DNA from: Deltaproteobacteria bacterium
Lineage (GTDB): Bacteria > Desulfobacterota > GWC2-55-46 > DRQE01
DNA length: 53,523 nt
Direction of reading: 5' to 3'
Assembly (NCBI GenBank): GCA_016219105.1
Contig: JACRCI010000032.1
Coordinates: 1 to 53,523 of the forward strand
Shown: one piece after another, positions 26,347 to 35,079 of the stretch
Position numbering within the stretch: the stretch's first letter is position 1
How the letters are laid out: every line of letters starts with the position of its first letter
Notes under the pieces: generated by a model
Seen by the model: only the letters and a program-made list of their open reading frames with translations
The model's database searches: none
Told to the model about the DNA's origin: nothing
Made by a program: the position numbers and the translations under genes

Positions 26347-27278
26347 GGCCGCTCGTGCCTGCGGCGCAGGATTACGTCCGCCAGCATCTCCATGAATTTT
26401 TCCCGCGTATTGAGCGAAGGGGCTCTCGAAAACCCAAGCCCGAGGACCCGGGCCGCCTCTTTAAAAAAAATATCTATGTCATAGAGGGTTTCGATATGGT
26501 CGGACGTAAACCCCACGGGCACTATCAGGACGCCTTTTCTGCCCGTATCCTTTGCCTCTTTCATTACCTCCTCGACCCCGGGGCCGAGCCACTCGCCTCT
26601 GCGGCCTCTGCTCTGAAAGGCGAGCTTCCATTCGATATCAACCTTCTTCGCAACCTCCGCGATTGTTTCCCCGATCCTGTCCACGTAGGGGTCGTTTGCA
26701 ATCAGATGGACCGGCAGGCTGTGGGCCGAAAATATGACGAGGGTGTCTTGCTTCGCGGAAAACTTTTCACATAAAAGGGCCTCGTTTACGGTCTCGACAA
26801 CGGCCTCGATGTAAAGGGGGTGCGTATGCCAGCCCCCCATGAAATCCACACGGGGAACTCCGCCCGTCTCCTTCAGCGCCTCCTCCATTGCGCTACGGTA
26901 TCCGCCGGTCGAGGCCGGGGTGGAGTGCGCAGACATGACGATTGCAGCCGCTTCGCTTACGCCCCTGTCCTTCATCTCCTTAACGGCGTCTTTTATGAAA
27001 GGCGGGGAGTTGAGCATCCCGACTGACACGGCGTAACGGTCGCCTTTTTTATTCAGCAGTTCCCCGAGCGCGCCGGCCTGGGCCTTCGTTATTTTTACGA
27101 GCGGCGAAGCGCCCCCTATGAGGCGGTACCTGCGTTTGGCGTCCTCTATAAGCTCGGGCCCGACATCCCCCCTCCCCTTGAAGACGTTCCTCACGAACGG
27201 CTCAACGCCGTCCATGGAATCGGCGCCGCCGAAGGCAAGGAGGATAACGCCGGTTGTGTCCGCGTTCGATGAGGCCAT
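26343..27278 (-). CDS. hemH: ferrochelatase (proto- or coproporphyrin ferrochelatase)
   Basis: LLAFGG, FSAHSLP and SDHIETLYDID motifs. 4-nt overlap with hemY. Confidence 0.93.
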   Translation of the reverse strand: MASSNADTTGVILLAFGGADSMDGVEPFVRNVFKGRGDVGPELIEDAKRRYRLIGGASPLVKITKAQAGALGELLNKKGDRYAVSVGMLNSPPFIKDAVKEMKDRGVSEAAAIVMSAHSTPASTGGYRSAMEEALKETGGVPRVDFMGGWHTHPLYIEAVVETVNEALLCEKFSAKQDTLVIFSAHSLPVHLIANDPYVDRIGETIAEVAKKVDIEWKLAFQSRGRRGEWLGPGVEEVMKEAKDTGRKGVLIVPVGFTSDHIETLYDIDIFFKEAARVLGLGFSRAPSLNTREKFMEMLADVILRRRHERP

Positions 27279-27280
27279 GC

Positions 27281-28315
27281 CTACGAACCCCTCGCGCTCA
27301 GCGTATGTACCATGTCCACGAGCGCCTTTACGTTTTCGACGGGAGTTCCGACGATTATGCCGTGGCCGAGGTTGAATATGTGGCCAAGTCTACCGCCCGC
27401 CATGTCGAGTATGGCCTTTGTCCTTTTCTCCATCTCGCCTAAAGGCCCGAAAAGCGCCACCGGGTCGAGGTTGCCCTGGATGGCTTTATCGTGGCCTATT
27501 ATCTGCCACGCCTTATCGAGCCTCACCCGCCAGTCCACGCCCACCACGTCCCCGCCGGCCTCCTTCACGATGTCGAGGTACGTGCCGGTGTTCGTTGAAA
27601 AATTTATCACGGGCACGCCCTTTTTGACGCCTTCTATGGCCTTTTTCGTATAGGGCAGGACGAACTCCCTGTAATCGTCCGGGCCGAGGCATCCGGCCCA
27701 GCTGTCGAATATCTGCACGGCCTCGGCCCCGGCCTCTATCTGGGCGTTCAGGTAACGCCGCGTTATCTCGGTTATCTTTTCCATGAGCCTGTGCCAGAGA
27801 CGGGGCTCTCCGTACATAAGCCCTTTCGTGTGTATGTAATTTTTCGACCCGCCCCCCTCGATTATGTAGCTCGCGAGCGTAAACGGCGCCCCTGAAAACC
27901 CTATGAGCGGGACCGCGCCCGAAAGCTCTTTTTTCACCATGCGTATGGCCTCAAGGAGATACCACACGTCGTTTTCGGGCTCTATGACGCGGACCGCGTC
28001 AATGTCCGCGGCGCCCCTTATTGGGTTATTTATGACCGGGCCTTCGTTCTTAGCGAACTCAAGCTCTATGCCCATGCCCTCGAGCGGAAGCAGTATGTCC
28101 GCGAATATTATCGCGGCGTCCACGTTGAGCCTGCGGACGGGCTGGAGCGTCACCTCGCAGGCAATCTCCGGGGTTCTGCACATATCGAGGAAGGAGTGCT
28201 TCGCCCTTATGTCCATGTACTCCTTCATGTAACGTCCGGCCTGGCGCATGAGCCATACCGGGGTGTAAGGGACGGGTTCCCTCCTGCACGCCTTCAAGAA
28301 TACGTCGTTTTTCAT
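27281..28315 (-). CDS. hemE: uroporphyrinogen decarboxylase
   Basis: PVWLMRQAGRYM N-terminal signature. About 344 aa from the ATG at 28315; the tracked 380-aa ORF extends into the trmJ 3' end. Confidence 0.93.
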   Translation of the reverse strand: MKNDVFLKACRREPVPYTPVWLMRQAGRYMKEYMDIRAKHSFLDMCRTPEIACEVTLQPVRRLNVDAAIIFADILLPLEGMGIELEFAKNEGPVINNPIRGAADIDAVRVIEPENDVWYLLEAIRMVKKELSGAVPLIGFSGAPFTLASYIIEGGGSKNYIHTKGLMYGEPRLWHRLMEKITEITRRYLNAQIEAGAEAVQIFDSWAGCLGPDDYREFVLPYTKKAIEGVKKGVPVINFSTNTGTYLDIVKEAGGDVVGVDWRVRLDKAWQIIGHDKAIQGNLDPVALFGPLGEMEKRTKAILDMAGGRLGHIFNLGHGIIVGTPVENVKALVDMVHTLSARGS

Positions 28316-28337
28316 ACATCCCCTTTCAACCGGTTTT

Positions 28338-29141
28338 TTAAGGACTTTTGCCCGCCATCCGCCCCGGCCTTTGCTCGACGCCTTGAGCCTCGCGCCGTTG
28401 TAATTTTCCCTCAACGCTCGCAAGAATCCCTCTGAGCATGTTGACCTCTTTTCCCATGAGGGCCGACCTTCCGAAGAGCTTATGGAAATTCCTCATGATG
28501 CTTTTCAGCAGGAACTCTCCCCTCCTGGCCGCGTCCCCGTAGCCGAGTTTTTCTAAAACCCGCTCAAGGTGCGCGTACATCTCCTCCACCTCGTTTTTTG
28601 GAGCGGCCTTTATGGCCGCCTCCGGCGAGAGGCCGGCTCTAAAAAGCGCGTAGCATACCGCGAATACGGCGTGCGACAGGTTCAGCGAGGGGTATCCCGC
28701 GTGGGCCGGTATCTCCATGAGCATGTCGCACAGAGGCACCTCCTCGTTTTCAAGCCCCCGGTCCTCCCTGCCGAAAAGGATGGAGACCGCGTTCTTTTGG
28801 GCCAGCGCGACTATCCGGGGAACGGCCTCATCGAGGGTGAGCGTGGGATGGCGGATCCTGCCTTTCCTCCTCGTCGTGCCTATGACGACGGGGGAGCCTT
28901 TCACGGCCTCCCTGAGGCCGCGAAAGACCCTTGCCCCTAAAAGCGCGTCCCCGGCGTTGCAGGCAAAAGAAAACCCCTCGTCGTTTTTATATTCCGCCGG
29001 GTTTACGAGCACAAGGTTCTTAAGGCCGGTATTCTTGAGCACCCTTGCCGTTGAGCCGATATTGCCGGCGCTCTGCGGCTCGACGAGGACTATGCTTATG
29101 TTTTTCCTCAGGGCCTCGAAATGGGGGTTTTTATCTTCCAT
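28338..29141 (-). CDS. trmJ: SpoU/TrmJ-type tRNA (cytidine/uridine-2'-O)-methyltransferase
   Basis: IVLVEPQSAGNIGSTARVLKNTG and the SPOUT knot region LFGREDRGL...IP....PSLNLSHA. Confidence 0.85.
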   Translation of the reverse strand: MEDKNPHFEALRKNISIVLVEPQSAGNIGSTARVLKNTGLKNLVLVNPAEYKNDEGFSFACNAGDALLGARVFRGLREAVKGSPVVIGTTRRKGRIRHPTLTLDEAVPRIVALAQKNAVSILFGREDRGLENEEVPLCDMLMEIPAHAGYPSLNLSHAVFAVCYALFRAGLSPEAAIKAAPKNEVEEMYAHLERVLEKLGYGDAARRGEFLLKSIMRNFHKLFGRSALMGKEVNMLRGILASVEGKLQRREAQGVEQRPGRMAGKSP

Positions 29142-30471
29142 GCGCCCGTTTGAGTATCTCCCTTGCCGCGACCACGCCGCAGACGCTCGCCTGCACGATC
29201 CCCCTCGTAACCCCGGCGCCGTCCCCGGCCGCGAAGAGGTTCGCTATCTCGGTCTCCATCGCGGAGGTCAATCTAAGCCTCATGGAATAGAACTTGACCT
29301 CCACGCCGTAAAGGAGAGTTGCGTCCGTCTTTATCCCCGGACACATCCTGTCCATGACGTCGAGCATCTCTATGATGTCCGAGACGTAGCGGTACGGGAT
29401 TACGAAGGAGAGGTCCCCCGGCGTTGCGTCATCGAGCGTCGGCTTCACGGGGTTTTCCCTCATCCTCTCAACGGTCGAGCGCCTTCCGCGCATGAGGTCC
29501 CCGAGCCTCTGCACTATTATCCCGTCTCCGAGGATGTTCGCGAGCGTTGCGATGTATTTCCCGTACGCTATGGGCTCGTGGAACGGCTCGGTAAAAAGCG
29601 TGGAGACCAGTATCGCGAAATTCGTGTTTTCGGATTTCCTGTTCGAGTAGCTGTGGCCGTTGACCGTGGAAAACCCCTCGTGCCTCTCCTTCACGACGAA
29701 CCCGTACGGGTTCATGCAGATCGTCCTCACCGGGTCGTCGAACTTCCTGGAACGGTAGAGGAGCTTGGCCTCGTGCAGGACGTCGGTAAGGGGAGCCATC
29801 GCCAGGGCCGGGACCTCGACCCTCACCCCTATGTCAACCGGGTTTATCGCGGTATTGAGTCCCATGTCCCTTGCCGCCTTTTCAAGCCAGTGGCTTCCGC
29901 CCCTTCCGGGCGAGAGTATGACGAAATCCGAATAAAACTCGGCTCCGGCGACGGTCCTCACACCTTTTGCCTTTCCGCCCTCGACGATAATCTCCCGCAC
30001 CTCGTCGTTGAAGCGCATCTCCACCCTGCCGTCGAGTTCGCTTCTCAGGTTTTTAAGCAGCTCCGCGCACCTGTCCGTGCCGAGATGCCTTATGGGAAAG
30101 GACACGAGCTTAAGTCCCACGTCCGTGGCGGCGTCCGCTATTCCCGCGACCTTGGTCCTGCTCAGGCCTTTGACCTCCCGCGGCGCGCCGAACCTGATAT
30201 ACAGTCCGTCAACATAATTGATAAGCCCGGCGAGCGTTGGGCCGTCGAGATATTCGCCTAAAAAGCCGCCCACCTCGGCGGATAGGTTGAGCTTGCCGTC
30301 GCTGAAGGCGCCGGCCCCTCCCCAGCCGTGAAAGAGGTCTTTCCTTTCCCTCTCGTGGAGGTCTTTCCCTCTTTCGACGAGCAGTGTCCTGAGCCCCTTT
30401 TCCATCGAAAGCTCTATGGCCGCGAATATGCCGGCCGGGCCGGCGCCGACGATTATGACGTCGTAGTTCAC
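29131..30471 (-). CDS. FAD-dependent oxidoreductase (COG2509-like uncharacterised dehydrogenase)
   Basis: YDVIIVGAGPAGIFAAIEL dinucleotide motif and C-terminal AAGDGAG. Confidence 0.75.
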   Translation of the reverse strand: MNYDVIIVGAGPAGIFAAIELSMEKGLRTLLVERGKDLHERERKDLFHGWGGAGAFSDGKLNLSAEVGGFLGEYLDGPTLAGLINYVDGLYIRFGAPREVKGLSRTKVAGIADAATDVGLKLVSFPIRHLGTDRCAELLKNLRSELDGRVEMRFNDEVREIIVEGGKAKGVRTVAGAEFYSDFVILSPGRGGSHWLEKAARDMGLNTAINPVDIGVRVEVPALAMAPLTDVLHEAKLLYRSRKFDDPVRTICMNPYGFVVKERHEGFSTVNGHSYSNRKSENTNFAILVSTLFTEPFHEPIAYGKYIATLANILGDGIIVQRLGDLMRGRRSTVERMRENPVKPTLDDATPGDLSFVIPYRYVSDIIEMLDVMDRMCPGIKTDATLLYGVEVKFYSMRLRLTSAMETEIANLFAAGDGAGVTRGIVQASVCGVVAAREILKRAHGR

Positions 30472-30637
30472 TCTTTAGAAACCTCCAAAGAAAGAGTCGT
30501 TGCTTCGGGGCTAACACCGCTTGCAATGACAAAGAAGGAGCCGAGGATATAAAGTATAACAGAATTATATCCGGCCTGAAACAGCTTTTTGGGGTGTGAT
30601 GGGATTGGTGAGGGATGGTAAAAAGACCGGCAAGATA

Positions 30638-30657
30638 AAAGCCGGGTTTCCGGCTTT
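30638..30657 (-). terminator. candidate intrinsic terminator downstream of htpX
   Basis: The minus strand reads AAAGCCGG-AAAC-CCGGCTTT followed by TATCTT. The U-tract is weak. Confidence 0.4.
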
Positions 30658-30694
30658 CGTCTCCCCCGGCTGCTAATTTTTCCGCGAACAGACG

Positions 30695-31546
30695 CTATCT
30701 TCTGAGCGCCATGGCCTCAAGGAGTCGTATCCTCTCCTCGATGGGCGGGTGGGTCGAAAAGAGCTTGAGAAGCGACCCTCCCGACAGAGGGCTGACTATG
30801 AACATGTGGGCCGTGGCCTCGTTCACGCCCTGCATCGGCAGCCTCTTGTTATAGTAGGCGAGCTTTCTCAGGCCGTCCGCAAGATACATGGGGTTGCCCG
30901 CTATATCCGCCCCGCCCCTGTCCGCGGCGTATTCCCTCGACCGGGATATGGCCATCTGTATCAGAAGCGCCGCTATCGGGGCCACGACCAGCATAAGAAT
31001 AAAGGCCAGCGGGTTCCCGCCGCCCTCCCTGTCGTCCCTCCTTCCGCCGTACATCCCGAACCACATGGCCATGCGGGAAAGGTAGCTTATCGCGCCCGCG
31101 ATGGTCGCGGCCACGGTGGCTATAAGGACGTCGCGGTTTTTTATGTGGGTGAGTTCATGCCCTATGACGCCTGAGAGTTCCTCCCTCGAAAGGAGCTTCA
31201 TTATGCCGGTTGTGACTGCCACGGCCGAGTGCTCGGGGTTCCTGCCGGTCGCGAACGCGTTAGGTGTGTCGTTTTCCATCATATAGACCCTCGGCATGGG
31301 AAGCGAGGCCATTGTCGCGAGCCTCCTGACGATTGAAAAAAACTCGGGGGCCTCGGCCTCCGTGACCTCTTTCGCCCTGTACATGGCGAGCACTATCCTG
31401 TCGCTGAACCAGTAGGCGCCGAAGTTCATTATTCCGGCGAACGCAAGGCCGGTAATCGCGCCCTGCCTGCCCCCGAGACGTTCGCCTATGAATACGAAAA
31501 GGGCCGCCAGCGCGGCCAGAAGTATTACGGTCTTGAAATAATTCAT
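30695..31546 (-). CDS. htpX: zinc metalloprotease HtpX (M48 family)
   Basis: Four TM segments and the HELTHIKNRD (HExxH) motif. Confidence 0.93.
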   Translation of the reverse strand: MNYFKTVILLAALAALFVFIGERLGGRQGAITGLAFAGIMNFGAYWFSDRIVLAMYRAKEVTEAEAPEFFSIVRRLATMASLPMPRVYMMENDTPNAFATGRNPEHSAVAVTTGIMKLLSREELSGVIGHELTHIKNRDVLIATVAATIAGAISYLSRMAMWFGMYGGRRDDREGGGNPLAFILMLVVAPIAALLIQMAISRSREYAADRGGADIAGNPMYLADGLRKLAYYNKRLPMQGVNEATAHMFIVSPLSGGSLLKLFSTHPPIEERIRLLEAMALRR

Positions 31547-31639
31547 ATTATTAGTGCCTCCATTAATTATTTATATATCAGGTAAGCCCTGCCCCGCCGA
31601 GAAGCCCGCGGGGCCTGTGCGTCTTATTGCCCGGTTGCC

Positions 31640-32506
31640 TCAACCCGGGTTATATGCGGCCGGGGCCATTGACTCTCCGAGAAGGTCTTTTATGGCCTGA
31701 CTTACGTCGTCTATCTCGACCCCGGTCTCAAGGCAGTAGCCGCGCGGGCGCTTGTTGACGATGGCTATCACGGGCAGCGGATACGCGTCCTGCACCCCGC
31801 TCGTCAAGTCCCTCTCGCACGCGACGGCTATGACGGCCGAGGGCCTAAGATCGTAGAGTTTGCGCCTTGCGACCGTGCCGCCGGTCAGCACGAAGAGATT
31901 TATATTGTAGCGCTCGGCGAGCGCCACCAGGCCCCCTATCTCGCATCTTCCGCACCCGACGCAGTTTTTAACGTCCCTTGTGACCTTTATCTTGCAGTTG
32001 TCGTACTGTATGCAGTGGGGCATGAGGATGACTATCCTGTCGGGGCTGAAGCGTTTTCCGCTCTTTATCATCTTGTTTATAAGGGCCTTTACCATGCGGT
32101 TATTCAAATCTATGAACGCCCTCTCTATCTTTATCCTCGGTATCTTCAAAAGCCCTCCGGCGAACACCATGAGCGGGAGGAAGAACTTCACCAACAGTCC
32201 CCTGAACCTGGGCGACGGGAATATCGAGCTACCCCTTATAAGGGCGATGGAAATCCCCAGCGCCCCGATGAGCACAAAGACCGCGACCCCTGAAAACAGC
32301 GCCCCGATTACGTACGGGAGCGCGGGGTGTATGTTTTTAAACCCCACGGTCGGGACGTACCAGAATATAAACCCGGCCCCTATCACCATAGCGGCAGAGG
32401 CGGCCATGAGCATGAGGAAAACGCCCCTGTTGGGCGTATAGGCCACGCTCTCGGCGCTGCCCTTCCATTCCTCTTCGTTGTTAAGCAAACCCCGATTCTT
32501 CGCCAA
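31640..32506 (-). CDS. DUF116 family membrane protein (Cys-rich C-terminal domain)
   Basis: N-terminal TM helices, then MPHCIQ...C.....CVGCGRCEIG and VACERDL blocks typical of DUF116. Confidence 0.6.
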   Translation of the reverse strand: MAKNRGLLNNEEEWKGSAESVAYTPNRGVFLMLMAASAAMVIGAGFIFWYVPTVGFKNIHPALPYVIGALFSGVAVFVLIGALGISIALIRGSSIFPSPRFRGLLVKFFLPLMVFAGGLLKIPRIKIERAFIDLNNRMVKALINKMIKSGKRFSPDRIVILMPHCIQYDNCKIKVTRDVKNCVGCGRCEIGGLVALAERYNINLFVLTGGTVARRKLYDLRPSAVIAVACERDLTSGVQDAYPLPVIAIVNKRPRGYCLETGVEIDDVSQAIKDLLGESMAPAAYNPG

Positions 32507-33446
32507 GCCTGTGCCCCCTCAGATATTGCGCGGCGCTCATGCGCCTTTTGCTCTCCGGCTGAAGTTCCGTTATTTTAAAAACGCCCTTTCCGCATTTGAC
32601 CACGATCCCGTCGTCCGCCGCAAAAACAACGCCTCCGGGTTTTACGTCCCGCTTTTCCGAAATCCCTCTAAAGTCCGACAGCGCCTCTCCCCCGTGTATC
32701 TTGACGAGCCTGCCGTTAAGATGCGTATATGCGCCGGGCCAGGGGCTTAAGCCCCTTATGCGGTTTCTGATCTCGTCCGGGGAGAGGTTCCAGTCTATCC
32801 GCCCTTCCTCTTTTTTGAGCGCCGGGGCGTAGGTCGCCCTGGCGTTATCCTGCGGCTTCGGCGTAATCTTGCCGTCAAAAAGGAGCTTGAGCGTTTTAAC
32901 GAGGACTCCCGCGCCTGAAACCGAAAGCCTCTCGCTCAATTCCCCGGCCGTTTCATCCGGGCCTATGCCGGCCTCTTCTTTAAGCAGCACCGGCCCGGTG
33001 TCCATGCCGCTGTCCATGAGCATGGTGCTTACGCCCGTTTTTTTATCCCCGTTCATTATGGCCCTGTTTATCGGGGCCGCCCCCCTGTAAGAGGGCAGTA
33101 CCGACGCGTGGAGATTAACGCAACCCATCCGGGGGATGCGGAGGACCTCTAAAGGCAATATCTTACCGTATGCGACTACTACTATCAAGTCCGGAGCGAG
33201 CGAGGCGATCCTTTTGATGAAACCCCTGTCCCCTATGCTTGCCGGTTCGGAAACCTTGAGCCCGAGTTCGAGGGCGCACTGCTTTACGGGCGTGGGTGCC
33301 GCAATCCTACCGCGGCCAACGGGTTTTTCCGGCCGCGTCACGACCTCCATGATATCGAACCCGGCCTCGACCAAGGCCTTTAAAGACGGGACCGCGAACC
33401 AAGGCGTGCCCATGAACACGATCCGGTGGGGGATGTCATACGCCAT
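32481..33446 (-). CDS. fmt: methionyl-tRNA formyltransferase
   Basis: RIVFMGTP.FAV.SL N-terminus and the NLHASVLPSYRGAAPI motif. Downstream of def. Confidence 0.96.
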   Translation of the reverse strand: MAYDIPHRIVFMGTPWFAVPSLKALVEAGFDIMEVVTRPEKPVGRGRIAAPTPVKQCALELGLKVSEPASIGDRGFIKRIASLAPDLIVVVAYGKILPLEVLRIPRMGCVNLHASVLPSYRGAAPINRAIMNGDKKTGVSTMLMDSGMDTGPVLLKEEAGIGPDETAGELSERLSVSGAGVLVKTLKLLFDGKITPKPQDNARATYAPALKKEEGRIDWNLSPDEIRNRIRGLSPWPGAYTHLNGRLVKIHGGEALSDFRGISEKRDVKPGGVVFAADDGIVVKCGKGVFKITELQPESKRRMSAAQYLRGHRLGEESGFA

Positions 33447-33464
33447 AGTTTCCTGTTGCTTGGC

Positions 33465-33590
33465 GGGAATGAACCTCCCCGCAGCTTGGCTTTGGGGTAT
33501 CGAAGACTTTTATGCTGAAAAAGTCAACCAACCGGCCTCGCCGGTCTCGAAGCCAAGCTTCGGGGAATTAAACCCCGAACGGGGATTAAA
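33465..33590 (+). repeat. modular repeat family B, copy 1 (def-fmt spacer)
   Basis: GGGAATGAACCTCCCCGCAGCTTGGCTTTGGGGTATCGAAGACTTTTATGCTGAAAAAGTC...CGGGGAATTAAACCCCGAACGGGGATTAAA. Near-identical to 36825..36928 apart from a 19-nt insertion. Its last bases overlap the def stop codon. Confidence 0.9.
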
Positions 33591-34131
33591 CAGCCTCCGC
33601 GGCCATGGCCTTTCTGTATTTTCTGACAAGAAGCTCCCTCTTCAGGCGGCTCAACCTGTCTATGAAGAGCACGCCGTCAAGATGGTCTATCTCGTGCTGG
33701 AGCGCTATCGCGGGCAATCCCCCGGCTTTCATCTCAAAGCCCCTGCCATCGGCATCCAGCGCCCTTATAGTCACCTCCGCCGCCCTTACTACGTCGGCCG
33801 TAATCCCCGGAAGACTTAAGCACCCTTCCTCGTACTCAATCTCGCCGCCGGAAGCGACTATCTCCGGGTTTATGAGTTTAAGGAGCACTCTCTCCCGCTC
33901 TTCCAGCTCCTCGCAAATATCCTCGTTCACGCCGATAAGCGGGACGTCCAACACGACGACTCTTTTGTCCACGCCCACCTGTGTCGCGGCAAGACCAACC
34001 CCCTTTGCGCGACGCATGGTCTCCACCATGTCCTCAACGAGCCTCCTCACCGAGGAGTCCACCCTCTCCACCCTTGAGGCCTTCTTCCTCAAAAACGGGT
34101 CGGGGTATTTGAGTATCTCAAACTCTGACAT
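33586..34131 (-). CDS. def: peptide deformylase
   Basis: GVGLAATQVG, EGCLSLPG and QHEIDHLDG motifs. Confidence 0.97.
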   Translation of the reverse strand: MSEFEILKYPDPFLRKKASRVERVDSSVRRLVEDMVETMRRAKGVGLAATQVGVDKRVVVLDVPLIGVNEDICEELEERERVLLKLINPEIVASGGEIEYEEGCLSLPGITADVVRAAEVTIRALDADGRGFEMKAGGLPAIALQHEIDHLDGVLFIDRLSRLKRELLVRKYRKAMAAEAV

Positions 34132-34157
34132 TGTTTTCTCTGCCGATGTTTATCTAT

Positions 34158-34300
34158 GGAAACTCTGATTAATTCTCTTTTTGTCATTGCGAGCCGCGTT
34201 TTTGCGGCGAAGCAATCTCGTAACTCACTGATTTGCCTATAGGACGAGATTGCTTCGCTGCGCTCGCAATGACGGGACCGGGAATTAATCAGACCTTCCC
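34158..34300. repeat. MITE-like palindromic repeat, family A, copy 2 (with right terminal inverted repeat)
   Basis: Core 34165..34278 matches 5723..5836. The right end GAATTAATCAGACCTTCCC (34282..34300) is the exact reverse complement of the left end of copy 1 (5715..5733). Confidence 0.9.
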
Positions 34301-34402
34301 TTAAAATACTAACGGAGGATGCGTTCGTATGTCAAATTAAATTTATTTCATCATCCAGCCCCAGGGCCGGCCAGCCTGATGGAAGGTATGCGCGACAAAT
34401 AC

Positions 34403-34439
34403 TTGACAAAATTGATAAGGTATATTAAATTATTACAAT
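34403..34439 (+). promoter_or_regulatory. candidate sigma70 promoter(s) of the iscR-nifS-iscU operon
   Basis: TTGATA (34412..34417), 16-nt spacer, TACAAT (34434..34439). An overlapping TTGACA at 34403..34408 is 17 nt from TAAATT. Confidence 0.45.
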
Positions 34440-34494
34440 GCGCCTGTAAACGGGACGCATTTTATCTGGCCGCCCATGCGGCAGGGGCGTAAAA

Positions 34495-34959
34495 ATGAGA
34501 TTAACGACAAAAGGCCAATATGCGGTAAGGGCTATGGTAAACCTTGCCTCGCACGGTAACGGCGCTCCTGTGGCGCTGAAGGACATATCAAGGGAGGAAG
34601 GCATATCGCTTGCCTATCTCGAACAGCTCTTCGCGAAACTCCGCAAGGGCGACATAGTAAGGAGCGTGCGCGGCCCCGGCGGCGGATACGTCCTTGCCCG
34701 GGACCCCTCGAAGATAAGCGTTGGAGAGGTCATAACCGTTGTGGAGGAACCGCTGAACCCGGTCGCGTGCCTTGATGTGGATTCCGAGAAATGCGCGCGG
34801 GCCGCGACCTGCATAACCCAGAACGTATGGAAGGGGCTCGGCGACAGGATGAGGGAGTTTTTGAATTCGATAAGCATACAGGACCTCATAATAGACATCG
34901 GCGCTCCCAGGGACGGCGGCGGGCGCGCCCAGGCGACGTGCGGCGGCAACAGCCGGTAA
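34495..34959 (+). CDS. iscR: Rrf2-family transcriptional regulator (IscR-like)
   Basis: MRLTTKGQYAVRAMVNLA winged-helix N-terminus and a three-Cys cluster (C...C.....C) for Fe-S ligation. Located upstream of nifS/iscU. Confidence 0.9.
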   Translation: MRLTTKGQYAVRAMVNLASHGNGAPVALKDISREEGISLAYLEQLFAKLRKGDIVRSVRGPGGGYVLARDPSKISVGEVITVVEEPLNPVACLDVDSEKCARAATCITQNVWKGLGDRMREFLNSISIQDLIIDIGAPRDGGGRAQATCGGNSR

Positions 34960-34980
34960 TCCCGCGGTGCGGGTTTGATT

Positions 34981-35056
34981 TCTCGAAGCAATCTTCGAGT
35001 TGTTTAAACGATATTTCATGATACCCCGCAGTTTGGCTTTGGCGAGGTTCATTAAG
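34981..35056 (-). repeat. repeat family B, degenerate copy in opposite orientation (iscR-nifS spacer)
   Basis: The reverse complement reads AATGAACCTC-GCCAAAGCCAAACTGCGG-GGTATC...CTCGAAGATTGCTTCGAGA. It is collinear with copies 1 and 2 but its inner ~17 nt are inverted. Confidence 0.7.
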
Positions 35057-35079
35057 GATAAGACCAAAGGAGGTTTTAT

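Noticed and set aside
28717-30261. 514-aa plus-strand ORF, the longest unassigned ORF in the track
   Set aside because: It is entirely antisense to the well-supported trmJ and FAD-oxidoreductase genes. Its R/P/G/H-rich composition is typical of antisense frames in GC-rich DNA. It has no recognisable motif and no SD.
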